From: Antechinus flavipes
Lineage: Eukaryota
Length of the DNA stretch: 64,000 nt
NCBI RefSeq assembly: GCF_016432865.1
Contig: NC_067401.1
Span: 131,688,001 to 131,752,000 of the forward strand
Direction of reading: 5' to 3'
Part shown: piece after piece, positions 37,001 to 60,822 of the stretch
Position numbering within the stretch: the stretch's first letter is position 1
Layout: the number at the start of each line of letters is the position of its first letter
Notes under the pieces: model-generated
Told to the model about the DNA's origin: nothing
Database searches by the model: none
What the model saw: only the letters and a program-made list of their open reading frames with translations
Program-made: the position numbers and the translations under genes

Positions 37001-40000
37001 TAGTGTTGCTGTTCTCTTCCCTACTTTCTTCCTACCTTTTGAGGGATAATCAGAGTCTGGAAGAAAGTAGCACTTTTCAGTGTGTGGGATGTCTTTTGGA
37101 GGTAATTGTGTAATGAATCAGGAGAAAAAATATCTCCATCTCCTTCAGTGATTTGAAGATGTTTGTGTCTTGGGGGGGGATACCTATTTCTAGGTGGACT
37201 AAAGCCCACAATCTCCTGTGTCAACAGAAGATTCAGAAGTACCAGATAGCCCAAATTGTTAGAGATTCAGATGCAATGCTCAGGTATGTTCATTTCTTAT
37301 TTTGGAAAGGGCATTTATGCCAGCTTGCTTGCTAGTTGTGAGATCAGATTGATCAAGAGGTAATGAGGAATGAGATGGAAGTGTGGCTTTTATTATTGTT
37401 GAAAATTGAGTTTAGAGTAAAAAAAGATATAATAATATGTAAAATTGTTAAAAATATATGACTTTATTCTGTAGGTATAGAATGCTGTAAAGTCAAAAGA
37501 CCTGAATTTAGATATTAGCTTTATTTCTTACTAATTTTTAATTATCATTTACTATTACTAAATAACTTATCCTCTCTGAACTTGTTTCCTCATATGTAAA
37601 ATGGATATCTATCTCTGTCAGTAGGCAGATGAAGTACCTACTAGAGGCAGTGGATAGAGTTATGGTATGGCCTGGAGTCAAGAAGTCCTAGGTTCAAATC
37701 TCAGCCACTTCTTAGCTGTGTGATCCTGTGCAAGCCTCAGTTTTTTTTTTTTTTTTTTAATTAATATAGCTTTTTATTTACAAGATATATGCACGGGTAA
37801 TTTTACAGCATTGACAATTGCCAAACCTTTTGTTCCACTTTTCCCCTTCCTTCCCCCCATTCCCTCCCCCTGCCATGTATGGCAGGTTGACCAATACATG
37901 TTAAATATGTTGAAGTATAAGTTAAATACAATATAAGTATACATGTCTTAACAGTTATTTTGCTGTACAGAAAGAATCAGACTTTGAAATAGTGTACTAT
38001 TAGCCTGTAAAGGAAATCAAAAATGCAGACGGACAAAAATACAGGGATTGGGAATTCTATGTAATAGTTCATAGTCATCTCCCAGAGTTCTTTCGCTGGG
38101 TGAAGCTGGTTCAGTTCATTCCTGCCCTATTGGAACTGATTTAAGCCTTAGTTTTCTTAACTGTTAATAATAGCACCTACGTCCCAGGATTATTGGGAGA
38201 ACCAAATGGGATAATATTTGTACAGTGCTTTACAGTGCCTGGCACAAATAGACTCTTAAATACTTGTTTCCTTCCTTCCTATTGTGTGACAAAAACTAAA
38301 GGAAAAATAGAAAGGTAAAACATTCCCTGATCTTGAAGAACTTAAATTTTACAATACTTTTTCTTCACTACTACTTCACAGAGTGATTGTGAAGTTCACA
38401 TGAGGCAATATAGCATTTAGTCAGTAGTTAGTCAAGTATTTATTAAGTTCCTACTATGTTTCAGAGTCTGTTAAACACTGGGGATACAAAAAAAGAAGCC
38501 AGTCCCTGCCCTCAAGATAACAAATATGTACAATTGTGTATTGGATAACTAGGAAATAATTAGTGGAAGGCATTAAAATTAATAGGGATTAATAGAGATT
38601 AGGGTTAATTAGAATTAATAGTGATCAGGGAAGACTGTAGTTTAGTTGAATATTTAATTAGAGAATTCCAGGTATGGGGGCTAGCACAGGAAATGCTTAT
38701 AGGTACTTTCCAAGAAGTTATTAGCTAATTGTATATATAGTGCATATTCTAGCTGGGTTTCTCTATCCATTCCATAACAAACATCCCAAATCCTGTGTCA
38801 GCTTTTTGGAAAATTTTTTAAGTTACCTTTGTGGTTTCTTGTATCTCATTGAGATCATAACCATGTATCCAATATTTGAGACTTGGTGTTGATTTATCAA
38901 GTACTCCTGCCACCATGTATTGATCACTTATTGTATGTAGAGGAAGAAATGAATGTGGCCCATGCCCTCAAAGAATATGTAGTCTTTGCACATGTATGTT
39001 GTTGTTCAATCCTTTTCAGTCCTGAACAACTTTCTGTGACCCCGTTTGAGGTTTTCTTGGCATGGGTATTGGAGTAGGTTGCCATTTCCTTCTCTAGCTC
39101 ATTTGACATGAGAAACCTGAAACAGACGGGGTTAAATGACTTGCTTAGTGTCCATCCAGATTGGAACTCATTCCTGACTCCAAACCCAGTGCTCTATCCA
39201 ATGCACTACTTAGCTGTTCCCATATATGTATAATCTATATCCAAGTGTTTGTCTTGTCAAGGAGAGGGGATTGAAGGGAAGGAAGGAGGAAATTTGGAAA
39301 ATTATTTAAAAATTATGGAAAATGAATGTTAAAATTATTTTTACATGTAATTGAGAAAATAGAAGAAAAACATTGCTTAAAAAAAGAATGCAGTCTCATT
39401 GAGGAGACAGGGCATACACGTGAAAGATGTGATTGCTTCTTTGAACACTAATTTGATAGTAATATTGAGGAGACATAGAGTAACAAAGTGATCATTTGGG
39501 TGAAATGGGGAAAAATGTCTTGGTTAAATATGTGTCTCTACCTGAGTCCAGTATTAATGAACTTGTTTCTTGTGATCACTTTGAAAGAATAATTTATCCC
39601 TTACAGGGAGGGATTTGAGACATTTTTCAACACACTCTACCGAAGCAATATTCCCCTTCTCATCTTTTCTGCTGGTATTGGAGACATTTTGGAAGAAATT
39701 ATTAGGCAGATGAATGTTTTCCATCCCAACATCCATGTTGTGTCTAATTACATGGACTTTGATGAAAGTGTGAGTTGTGTTTGTTATCCTGTGGGAGTAG
39801 GGGACATCATACTTTAGTTTGCTACATTTTTGTACAGTGGGGAAATGAATAAAGTTCTTTGGGAAAAGAGGGGAGGAAAGCATGTTGTTTCATCTTGACT
39901 TCCTACAGGAGTCAAAATTCCCCCAAGACAGGTTGATTTAGAGATCCCCTATCTGTAATCCTTGATCCTGCTCAGTCTCAGTCTCAGCTAACCAGTATGT

Positions 40001-42386
40001 GGATTATCCAGGCTCCTGAATTCTTTTTGGCAGTTTTCACCTCCACCAGAGGATTGCGGGGGTCTCAGAAGAGGAAGATAAGTTTTAGTCCATTTTGTTA
40101 CTTGTTCATATTCTGAATTAAATAATGTACTTTTAAACAGAAATGATGATGCTACCCATAGCATGTGCATTTTGAGTTTTCTTTTCCTTTTTTTCCTAAA
40201 TAGGAAATTTTCATTTAAAAAATTACTTGGTTGAAGCTTTTTTGCTTAAAAAAAAAAAGGCTTTTATGTTCTCCTGTAGCTTAGTAGTGAGAATTGCTAT
40301 GCTTTTTAGAATTTAAAAAACAACCCTTGAATACAACAAACCATTTCTAAAGGAAGGGGTTATAGGAGGAGCCAGATATATAATCTTCACTTTTCATAGG
40401 GTTATTTTCTTTTCCTTTTTAAGAATTTTATTATTTTGATAGATTAATGTTACTCTTTTAAAATGCCAGAAAAGTCAAAATTCAGTTACACATATCCAAG
40501 TGTGTTTTCAGGGACATTTCACAGGAACATAATTTTAAATTGGTAATGATTATGTCCATTTTCCACACCTTGGATTCTGAGCTTTGTTTTTTTGTTTTGT
40601 TTTGTTTTGTTTTCTTAATTGTGGATTTTCTTCCCTTTATGTTGCTCAACTTTCTAACCAATGGTATCATAGATTCTCATCCATTCTTTTGAGTTATTTT
40701 TCCATTTGTAGAAATTGGTTGCATTGAATATTTGAGATTACCATGATGAATATAATGAGATTACTTTGCTTGCCTTTTCTTAGTAAAGATAGGTGGCCTA
40801 TTTCTTCAAGAGGGCCATTGAGAGTCATGTGTATAACCTGTGGCTGATGGAATAGAATGTAGCTAACCATTAGCTTTGGCTCCATTAATGCTTGGCTTTA
40901 TCAAGGTTGGTAATAAGGGTATTAAAATCAGTAATTGGTTCTGAGTCTTTTGAATGTAATTTTGTATTTCCTTTCATGATCACGGAAAATTGATAAATGT
41001 CTATTTTTGGATTCATAGTTAGTCTGCCTCTCCCCTTGGTTGCTCAGGGCTACCTGCAGGGATTCAAAGGTCATCTCATCCATACATATAACAAAAATAG
41101 TTCAGTCCTGGAGGACTCCAAGTACTTTGAACAGCTCCAAGCTAAGACCAACATTCTCCTGCTGGGTGACTCCATGGGTGACCTGACTATGGCTGATGGG
41201 GTATCCAGTGTGGGAAACATCCTTAAGATTGGCTTCCTGAATGACAAGGTGGGTGAGTAGAGGACTGTGTAAGTCTCTTACTTTCTACTTCTACCCCATG
41301 TATTTGTAAAAATACCTATTTCCCAAGATTGTTGTGAAAAAAGCAGAATGTAAGTTGTGAAGTGTTATGTAGATGTCAGCAGCTACTATAAGGTGGTTGT
41401 TTGGAGATCTCAGGAACCAGGATGTAGGTTTGTAACCCACATATTAAGGAACAAGAAAATACTGAAGATAATTAAGACTGAAAACAATCCTAATAAGCCA
41501 TAAACTAGAGATGCGTCAGTTGTTGTGTCTTACAACTAAAAAGGATGCCACATCTCTGCTAGAGCTCAGTCTTTTCAGTTTCTATATTGAAGTCTATTAA
41601 AGAAAAAACACAATGTTAGAGCAACTCTATGCAACTCACTTACCTACAAGCTCAGCATCCACCAGGATTCAGTATTACTTGAAGGCTTTGGGGTTTGAGT
41701 GGATGCTCTCTCCCACTCAAGGAGTGGGAGGGGGGGAGAAGGGGAAATTGCAAGGAAGGATATTTTGGCTCAGTTTGAGAAAGAACTTTCCACTCATGAG
41801 AACTGTCTGACAATAGAGTAGGTTTTCTCATAAAGTAGGGAGCTAGCCATCACTGGCTATACCTAAGTAAAGGATGATTGACTTATGTTAAGTCTGTGGT
41901 GGAGGGGATTCCAGAGTTGGGAAAGGAATTAGAATAGGGGATCTCAAAGGTCCTCCCAACTTTTTAAGATTCTCTATGAAAGCCCCATTCAGATAAAATA
42001 GGTTTGACTAAAGATGGATGTGATTAGTATTTCTGATGCTACTGCCTTTCCCTAAAGGACAGGGCCCTTGAATTTTTGGAGCTCCCAAGACTTAATCTTT
42101 TTTTTCTTCTTCCAGCCTTATCCTTTGGGATTTTAGGTAGGAATTGATATGCTAGGCAGGTTTGTATGCCTTCTAAAAGGAAGGCAGAGGGAGAAAAGTT
42201 GGGCAGGAGGCCTGGGGAAACTTTAGTTCATCTCTTCCCTGCCCTCCTCAGGTAGAGGAACGGAGAGAGCGCTATCTGGATTCCTACGACATTGTGCTGG
42301 AGAAGGACGAGACCCTGGATGTGGTCAATGGAATCCTAACCCACATCTTGTGTGAGGCGGACCAGGCAGGAATGCAGGAATCCTGA
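24063..42386 (+). CDS. NT5C3B: 7-methylguanosine phosphate-specific 5'-nucleotidase (cN-IIIB, HAD family), 304 aa; join(24063..24074,25161..25271,26083..26152,26241..26287,30042..30127,37194..37283,39607..39769,41048..41248,42252..42386)
   Basis: HAD motif I DFDMT, FSAG, and GDSMGD motif IV; C-terminal [16 protein letters not shown]. 915 nt total, in frame, all GT-AG. The exon 2 acceptor is the least certain junction. Confidence 0.95.
24374..24498. repeat. GC-rich ~35-bp minisatellite, 3.5 copies
   Basis: Units start at 24374, 24410, 24444 and 24479; consensus GCGCCCCTTCCAGCAGCCCCAGACCCCTCCCCACA. Confidence 0.9.
25161..25271 (+). CDS. NT5C3B: NT5C3B exon 2
   Basis: [37 protein letters not shown]; donor CAG|GTATGT; weak acceptor GAACAG. 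Confidence 0.8.
26083..26152 (+). CDS. NT5C3B: NT5C3B exon 3 (contains DFDMT)
   Basis: [23 protein letters not shown]; A|GTAAGT. Confidence 0.95.
26241..26287 (+). CDS. NT5C3B: NT5C3B exon 4
   Basis: (N)[15 protein letters not shown], after a poly-T CAG acceptor. Confidence 0.93.
26478..26681. mobile_element. hAT-Charlie/MER5-type MITE, old
   Basis: Imperfect terminal inverted repeats GAGTGGTTCTCAAG ... CTTTGAGAGCCATTG; no TSD found. Confidence 0.55.
28013..28052. repeat. (CA)20 microsatellite
   Basis: Perfect dinucleotide run. Confidence 0.98.
29336..29655 (-). mobile_element. LINE-1 3' end, antisense to NT5C3B
   Basis: Poly-T followed by AAGCTTTTTATTTTCAAAA, the reverse complement of the L1 tail at ~4590. 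Boundaries approximate. Confidence 0.8.
30042..30127 (+). CDS. NT5C3B: NT5C3B exon 5
   Basis: [28 protein letters not shown](W); TG|GTAAGT. Confidence 0.95.
33430..34440 (-). mobile_element. Two stacked antisense LINE-1 3' fragments
   Basis: Two successive L1 3'-UTR-like blocks (~33430-33830 and ~33835-34440), homologous to 5035-5400 and 35849-36572. Confidence 0.75.
34585..34741 (-). mobile_element. Short LINE-1 3' insertion with 11-bp TSD
   Basis: TSD ATGTTATTTTC at 34574-34584 and 34742-34752; poly-T at the left end. Confidence 0.85.
35849..36572 (-). mobile_element. 5'-truncated LINE-1 with perfect 16-bp TSD
   Basis: TSD TTATTAGCAATGTAAC at 35833-35848 and 36573-36588; ORF2 C-terminal remnant 36258-36572. 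Confidence 0.92.
37194..37283 (+). CDS. NT5C3B: NT5C3B exon 6
   Basis: (W)[29 protein letters not shown](R). Confidence 0.95.
37745..38142 (-). mobile_element. LINE-1 3' insertion nested in a MIR-type SINE
   Basis: TSD AAGCCT(C/T)AGTTTT at 37732-37744 and 38143-38155; the host SINE continues on both sides (~37645-38255). Confidence 0.85.
39030..39222 (-). mobile_element. MAR1-type SINE (MIR head, RTE-like tail)
   Basis: TGTGACCCCGTTTGAGGTTTTCTTGGC...GCCATTTCCTTCTC core, shared with the copies at ~47855-48140 and ~53570-53840. Confidence 0.7.
39240..39385 (+). mobile_element. Short L1-type tail fragment, sense to NT5C3B
   Basis: Homologous to ~52145-52280; AATAGA at 39358-39363 where the other copy has AATAAA. 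Confidence 0.6.
39607..39769 (+). CDS. NT5C3B: NT5C3B exon 7
   Basis: (R)[11 protein letters not shown]...FSAGIGD...NYMDFDES; |GTGAGT. Absent from the + ORF track. Confidence 0.94.
41048..41248 (+). CDS. NT5C3B: NT5C3B exon 8
   Basis: GYLQGFKG...[14 protein letters not shown]...GFLNDK. Confidence 0.95.
42252..42386 (+). CDS. NT5C3B: NT5C3B exon 9 (last coding)
   Basis: [47 protein letters not shown]. Confidence 0.95.
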   Translation, partial: VEERRERYLDSYDIVLEKDETLDVVNGILTHILCEADQAGMQES

Positions 42387-43233
42387 GTACAGTTGGAGAC
42401 TCCGCAGATGTTCTCTCTGCTCCAGCTGGCTCTCCAAAAACTTCTTATCCCTCTGTGTACATAAAAAACTTGTGACTTCCAAGAGCCATTAATCCCCAGG
42501 TCCTTCCCTCCTCCTCTCCCCTGGCCTGTGGCTGTTTTTACGAAAAGCTTATGGTAGCTGGTCCTGCCCAGTGCTGCCCTGACTTGTTCTAAAGAACACT
42601 GGCCAGCAAGTCCACCTGGCTGAGACAGCGGTACGCTGGCTCGGGTGATAGAGGAGACAAGTTGAATTGGAGCTGCCCTCTCCTCATCCACCTGCCCTCC
42701 CCTCCAGAAACACCACCAAACAAGCAACAAACCCACAGCATAAAAACCTGCACTGACCCGCTGTTTGGAGGCATGGCTGAGGGTTTGTGTCCTCCCTGGG
42801 GCAATTCACTGGCGGGAGGTGTGGGGAGAATGCATTGACTGGATGTCTGGAGGCCCAGGTTTGAGTCCCTGGCTCTGTGATTACAGTCACTTAACCTTCC
42901 TTGGTCTTATTGTCCTTTTTAAAATAAAAGATTTAGAATAGATAATTCTTCACAGTTCTAAAATTCCTTGATTCTATTAATTCTAAAACTGAATCTTGGA
43001 CTTGGAATTGTCTGAAATCGAAGAGGGAGACCTACTTGGTTTATCACAGAATGGGGATTTTCTGTTTCATAGATTTCTTTTAAGTAACTTTGGGCCCTGC
43101 TCTCCCTGCCCTTTCTTTTTAGATATCTTAGCCACTGATGGGACCAAACATTGTGGGGGAGAGGGGAGGAAGAGGGAGAAAGCAGTTAGGTGAGGAGCTA
43201 AGAAGCAGTGAGTGTGTTTGTATTTTAATGTTA

Positions 43234-43239
43234 AATAAA
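43234..43239 (+). terminator. Probable NT5C3B poly(A) signal
   Basis: AATAAA followed by GU/U-rich GGTTTTTGAATTCTGTTTTGTGTT; an alternative AATAAA lies at 42923 within a SINE remnant. Confidence 0.55.
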
Positions 43240-45805
43240 TGGTTTTTGAATTCTGTTTTGTGTTATCTTTTCCTCTTTCTAATCCTCTTTGCTCCCTTAA
43301 TTCTAACTTTTTCTTCCTTCTGCTTCTTCCCCTTCATCTCAGATACTCATGAGTTGGCTATTTTCTATCACAGGGCTGCCTAACAAAGATAATAGAAGTC
43401 TATGAACCCATCCTCTTAAAGAAATCCATTCCTCCTTGATTCTTTGCTAGCAAGATGCTTCTTACTCCAGATACTGGTCCTATATTATTTGTAAAATCTA
43501 CAGCAGCATCTCTCTCTAACCCAGGGCTGAGCTATTCTTATGAGAGAGGGATTGCAAACTCCTCTAAACTACATATCTAGCTGACCCCTGACTGTGCTTC
43601 ACATCCCATTCAGTCACCCCCCACTCACCCCTGGCTTCATAATATCTGCTTTGCCAGGTGACCTTTCTCTTGCCCCCAGCTTTCTCTTGCTCCAGGAGCA
43701 GCAATCAAATCGACATCACTGCTTCTAGAGACACCATGTCCAATACCACTTATGGTTTCACTCACTGTCCCTTGATTTCCTTGGTTCAAAACTCCCTTCC
43801 TTTGCCACCATTCCCTAACATGTATTCTTTTTCCCATTAGAATAAAAATTCTCTGAGGGCAGAAATTATTTTTGTATTCATATTCCCAGTGCTTAAAACA
43901 TAAGTACTAATTATTCATTGATCTGTTTTATCAACTTCAAGATGGCCCAGTATCCTGTCTAATGAAAAGCAGGATATGAATCACTGAGTCTACTATTCAA
44001 AAGATGTGGCACTCAGATATGAAGAAATATTCCTTCATATCTTTAAGAAGACATCTTGATGGAGACTTTTTGTGAATGGGTTCATTGTGGAGGGAAGCTT
44101 AATGACAATTGACTTGATAATACTTGCCAGTATCACATGCTGACCAATTTTTTTTTTTTTGATACAATTGGGATTAAATTACTTGTTAGGGTCACACAAT
44201 AAATGTCTAAGGTCACTTTCAAATTCAGATCTGGGACTCCTGAGCCCAATGCTCAATTCACGAGCCATTTAGCTGCCCCTCTTCCCTCAATTCTTAAAAG
44301 CCTCTTGGGATGTTCTAAAGGTAGGGAATCCTCTTGGGATGTTCTAGAGTTAGGGAACCCTCTTGGGTCACTGAAAGGAAATGTCACTGTTTTAAGATCA
44401 GCTGGTTACACTCTAGAATGGTGGCTTACATCCAAATTTACTTCTTCAGGCAGAGGAGTAAAGGTATGTCCCAGTATAAGAGAGTATTTAATGATCTAGA
44501 ATTGACTTAAATCTTTGAGGATGGACATCGAGTCTTCTATTAACTTGGGAGCCTCCCCAAAGCAGAAATCATCCCTTTTGATCTGAATATATAGATCTAT
44601 AGTATTCATTTGTAGGTAGATCAATGTAAAGAACTATCAATTGATAGATAAATGACTTTCCCTTGGACCTTCTTAAACCCCAAGTGAAATCTTAGATCCT
44701 GGCTCAGAACTTCTAGACTCCTCAGGTATGAAAAATCTTTTAGGGAAGCAAAAAGCCCGTCAGAATGAGAAGAGGGAAGATGAAACTGTCTTGGATAGAA
44801 TAGGAACAGAATAAAAGGTTCATTCCCTTATATCTTCCACCCCTGGCCCATATTTCTCCTGAATTACAACATGTAGGGGACCTGGTTTAAATTTTTATTT
44901 GATGTAAAGAAAAAATACAACTGGCTTTTGATTTTACCTTCTACATATCCAACCCCAGATGACCCCATATTTCAGATTTTTCAAGAATAATTTTATTTTT
45001 ATAGCTACAACACTCATCCAGTTTTTCTTGTGTCCTCTCACCTTTTCATTTTATTCTCCTTTTCTCATTAAAAGAAAAACACATTCTAGGGCCTTGGAAG
45101 TAAGACACAAAGGTAATTGAACCAAATCCACATGGAACCCAACCTTCTTATGGCATGGGCAGAACTGGGGCCATTTTAGTCCCTCTGAGTCCCAGGCTCT
45201 GAGGGTATGGTACAGAAGTAGATGAGGTAGGGTACCCTTCCTGGAACTTCCCTCTCCCCTAGCATCTCTCTTTTTTCTGTGGAAGGGCAGTCCAGGTCAG
45301 TTTCCTGGAGGACCAGAAGGAATCTCCCCATTGCTTTTTGCTTTGGCTCCTTGGTAGCCCAAGATGTAGATAGGGCAAGTGGGGAGACAGTTGAAGGACG
45401 GAAGGAAGTTTGGAGGATCCAAAACAAGTGAGCCCATACCCTAAAAATCCCCATTTATCTGAGGTGGTTGAGGTCCATATGAGGGGATAGGGAACTATCT
45501 GCTGCCCCTACTCCACCCTTAACAAAGGAGAGAAACCCAATTGCCCTCCCACCACCTCAAAACTGCTTCCTAGAAGATCTCACACTTGAAAAATTTAAGG
45601 GGAGGCTAAAGGAAGGAATACAATGCACCTTGGCTTTAAATCTGGTGTTGGCTGGAAGGCCAGGCAGCAGTTAGCACCTTAAGACTCTCTGTGAGTGCCC
45701 CAAGCTTCCCAGCAGAGAGGAAGAGGGGCTGGTCTCAGAGGTCTCTCCCACTGCCAGCTGTGGGTTTTTGCATTCCAGGCCGGGCCCCCTTAATCCCCAA
45801 GTCTC

Positions 45806-58909
<13,104 letters not shown>

Positions 58910-60351
58910 GGTGCCTGGAGCAGGATGGCTGAGGGAGAGACCAAGAAGCCTCCGCCTCCTACTCCGGCTTCTCCTTCGTCCAGCGCTGGCTCCCCCTCTT
59001 CCTGTCAATGCACCCTCCCTTCCCTCAAAGTAGTCAACGTGGAATGGGGGCTGGGGCAGCTGAGCTGGCTGCGGGGGGAGCTGAGGGGGAGCTGAGGGGG
59101 AGCTGGGGATGGGGGTGGAGAGAGGCCAGAGGAAAAAAACACAGCGAGCACCTCTCCATTCCGTCTGCCCCGCCCCCAGGGGGTAAGGGTTTTTTTTTTT
59201 GGGGGGGGGGTAACATCCGGAGAGAGCTGGGGGAAGGGGCTTCTGGGGAAAGGAAAAAGTTGGAACAACTTCTTAGAAAAACTTTCAGCTTCTTTTTTCC
59301 CCAGCGCTGCCACCGGGTCCTAGCGCCCGGCTGAGTGCTTGATCCTCCAGTAGGTCCCTTCCTCCTTTCCCAAATTGGGATGGGAGAGTGGGAGTGGGAA
59401 TCTCTTTTGGATGTGTCCCGCTACTTAAAGAAACTATAGATCGTGAAGCTGAGCGAACCTCCCAGGCCCATACTGGGCTTCCCACTAGAAGCCAAGAAGG
59501 TTCCTGAGTGAGCACCGTCCACACTCCGTGCTCAGCCACTGGTCTCCAAGAGCTAGACAGCTCACAAGACTTCTCGGTTCCCAGGACCCTGAAGAAATGG
59601 GGTGGAAATACGGGCTGGGGTTCCTTTTCTGCCTGCAGACTTTCCAGAATAGCAGAGACTGGTGGAGGTGGAGCAGAGACAGGAATACAGAGAAGGGAAG
59701 CACTGTTTAAGCGACTATTATTGGTTACAAATATTATCTCCTTTAATGGGGTGACCTGAAACCACAGGATTAAATAGTATTAAATTCCCGCTCTCCCTCC
59801 GCCCCCGACAGTCTGGTCATCTGGAAAGTATGGTGAAGTGGACCGTGTGTGCGGAGAGAATGATGGGCTTGGAGACGTTCCTCTTCTCAATTTCTGGATC
59901 AGAAAGAGTGGAGGAGATTGAGGGCTCCACGTGTAGAAAGCCTGGGCCACTCCCTTGCAGCCAGACAGCTCGGAGTTAGGGTGTCCTCCCTAAAGCCAGA
60001 CCTCTAGGCAGCTCTGTTCTCCCCAGTGGAGTTGAAGGTATTGTAAGGGGTGCTGGGAATTTGGTGGTGTTTAGACCATTGCTTCTTGCTGGCTCCCCAA
60101 GGACAAATTCCTGGGGATATTTCCCATTTCCTCTTTGGGGAGTCTCCAACTAGGCAACTTTCTATTCCCACTCTGTTGTAAGCCCTAGGACCCCCATGCA
60201 GTAAGACAGGCACTAAGACCCAGCTGGCTGCCCCTCTGCTCCTCCCTGACCAGTCCCCCAAATCCCCGCCCCTTTCCCCCTCTGCCAACTCCTTCTTCAG
60301 CATCTGGAGGCCAGGGCCCTCAAGGAGCCAGTGGGACTCCGGGCTTGGGGC
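58910..60351. promoter_or_regulatory. Head-to-head FKBP10/P3H4 interval (1442 bp between start codons)
   Basis: Divergent ATGs at 58909 (-) and 60352 (+); G-rich repeats, a GC box at ~59168 and ATTGG at 59720. Confidence 0.65.
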
Positions 60352-60822
60352 ATGGGGCAGTCGTGGGGGCTTCTGCTTCTCCTGGTGGGCAGTGCCTGGG
60401 CACAATATGAGAAGTATAGTTTTCGGGGCTTCCCCCCTGAGGACCTCATGCCCCTAGGCTCAGCCTATGCCTATGCCCTGGAGCAGTATGAGGGTGAGAG
60501 CTGGAAGGAGAGCGCCCGCTACCTGGAGGCATCCCTGAGGCTGCACAGGCTACTTCAGGACAGTGAGGCCTTCTGCCATGCCAACTGCAGCAGTGCCAGG
60601 CCCTCTGGGGAGCACTCCCCAGCCTGGGGGACCCAAGAAGAGCTGCAGGAAGAGTGGGGTCGAGAGCTCTGGTTCTTTGGGCAGGTGTTGGAGCGGGCAG
60701 CCTGCCTGAGGCGGTGCAAACGGACGCTGCCGGCCTTCCAGGTACCTTACCCTCCTCCACAACTGCTCAAGGACTTTCAGAGTCGGCTGCCTTATCAGTA
60801 TCTTCATTATGCCCTATTCAAG
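60352..60822 (+). CDS. P3H4: P3H4 exon 1 coding part
   Basis: [22 protein letters not shown]...YALFK; AAG|GTATG. Confidence 0.92.

Noticed and set aside
59915-59933. CCACGTG with a nearby ATTG as an ER-stress element; also CAACGTGG at ~59035
   Set aside because: Does not fit ERSE (CCAAT-N9-CCACG), ERSE-II (ATTGG-N-CCACG) or UPRE (TGACGTGG); an isolated E-box is common by chance.
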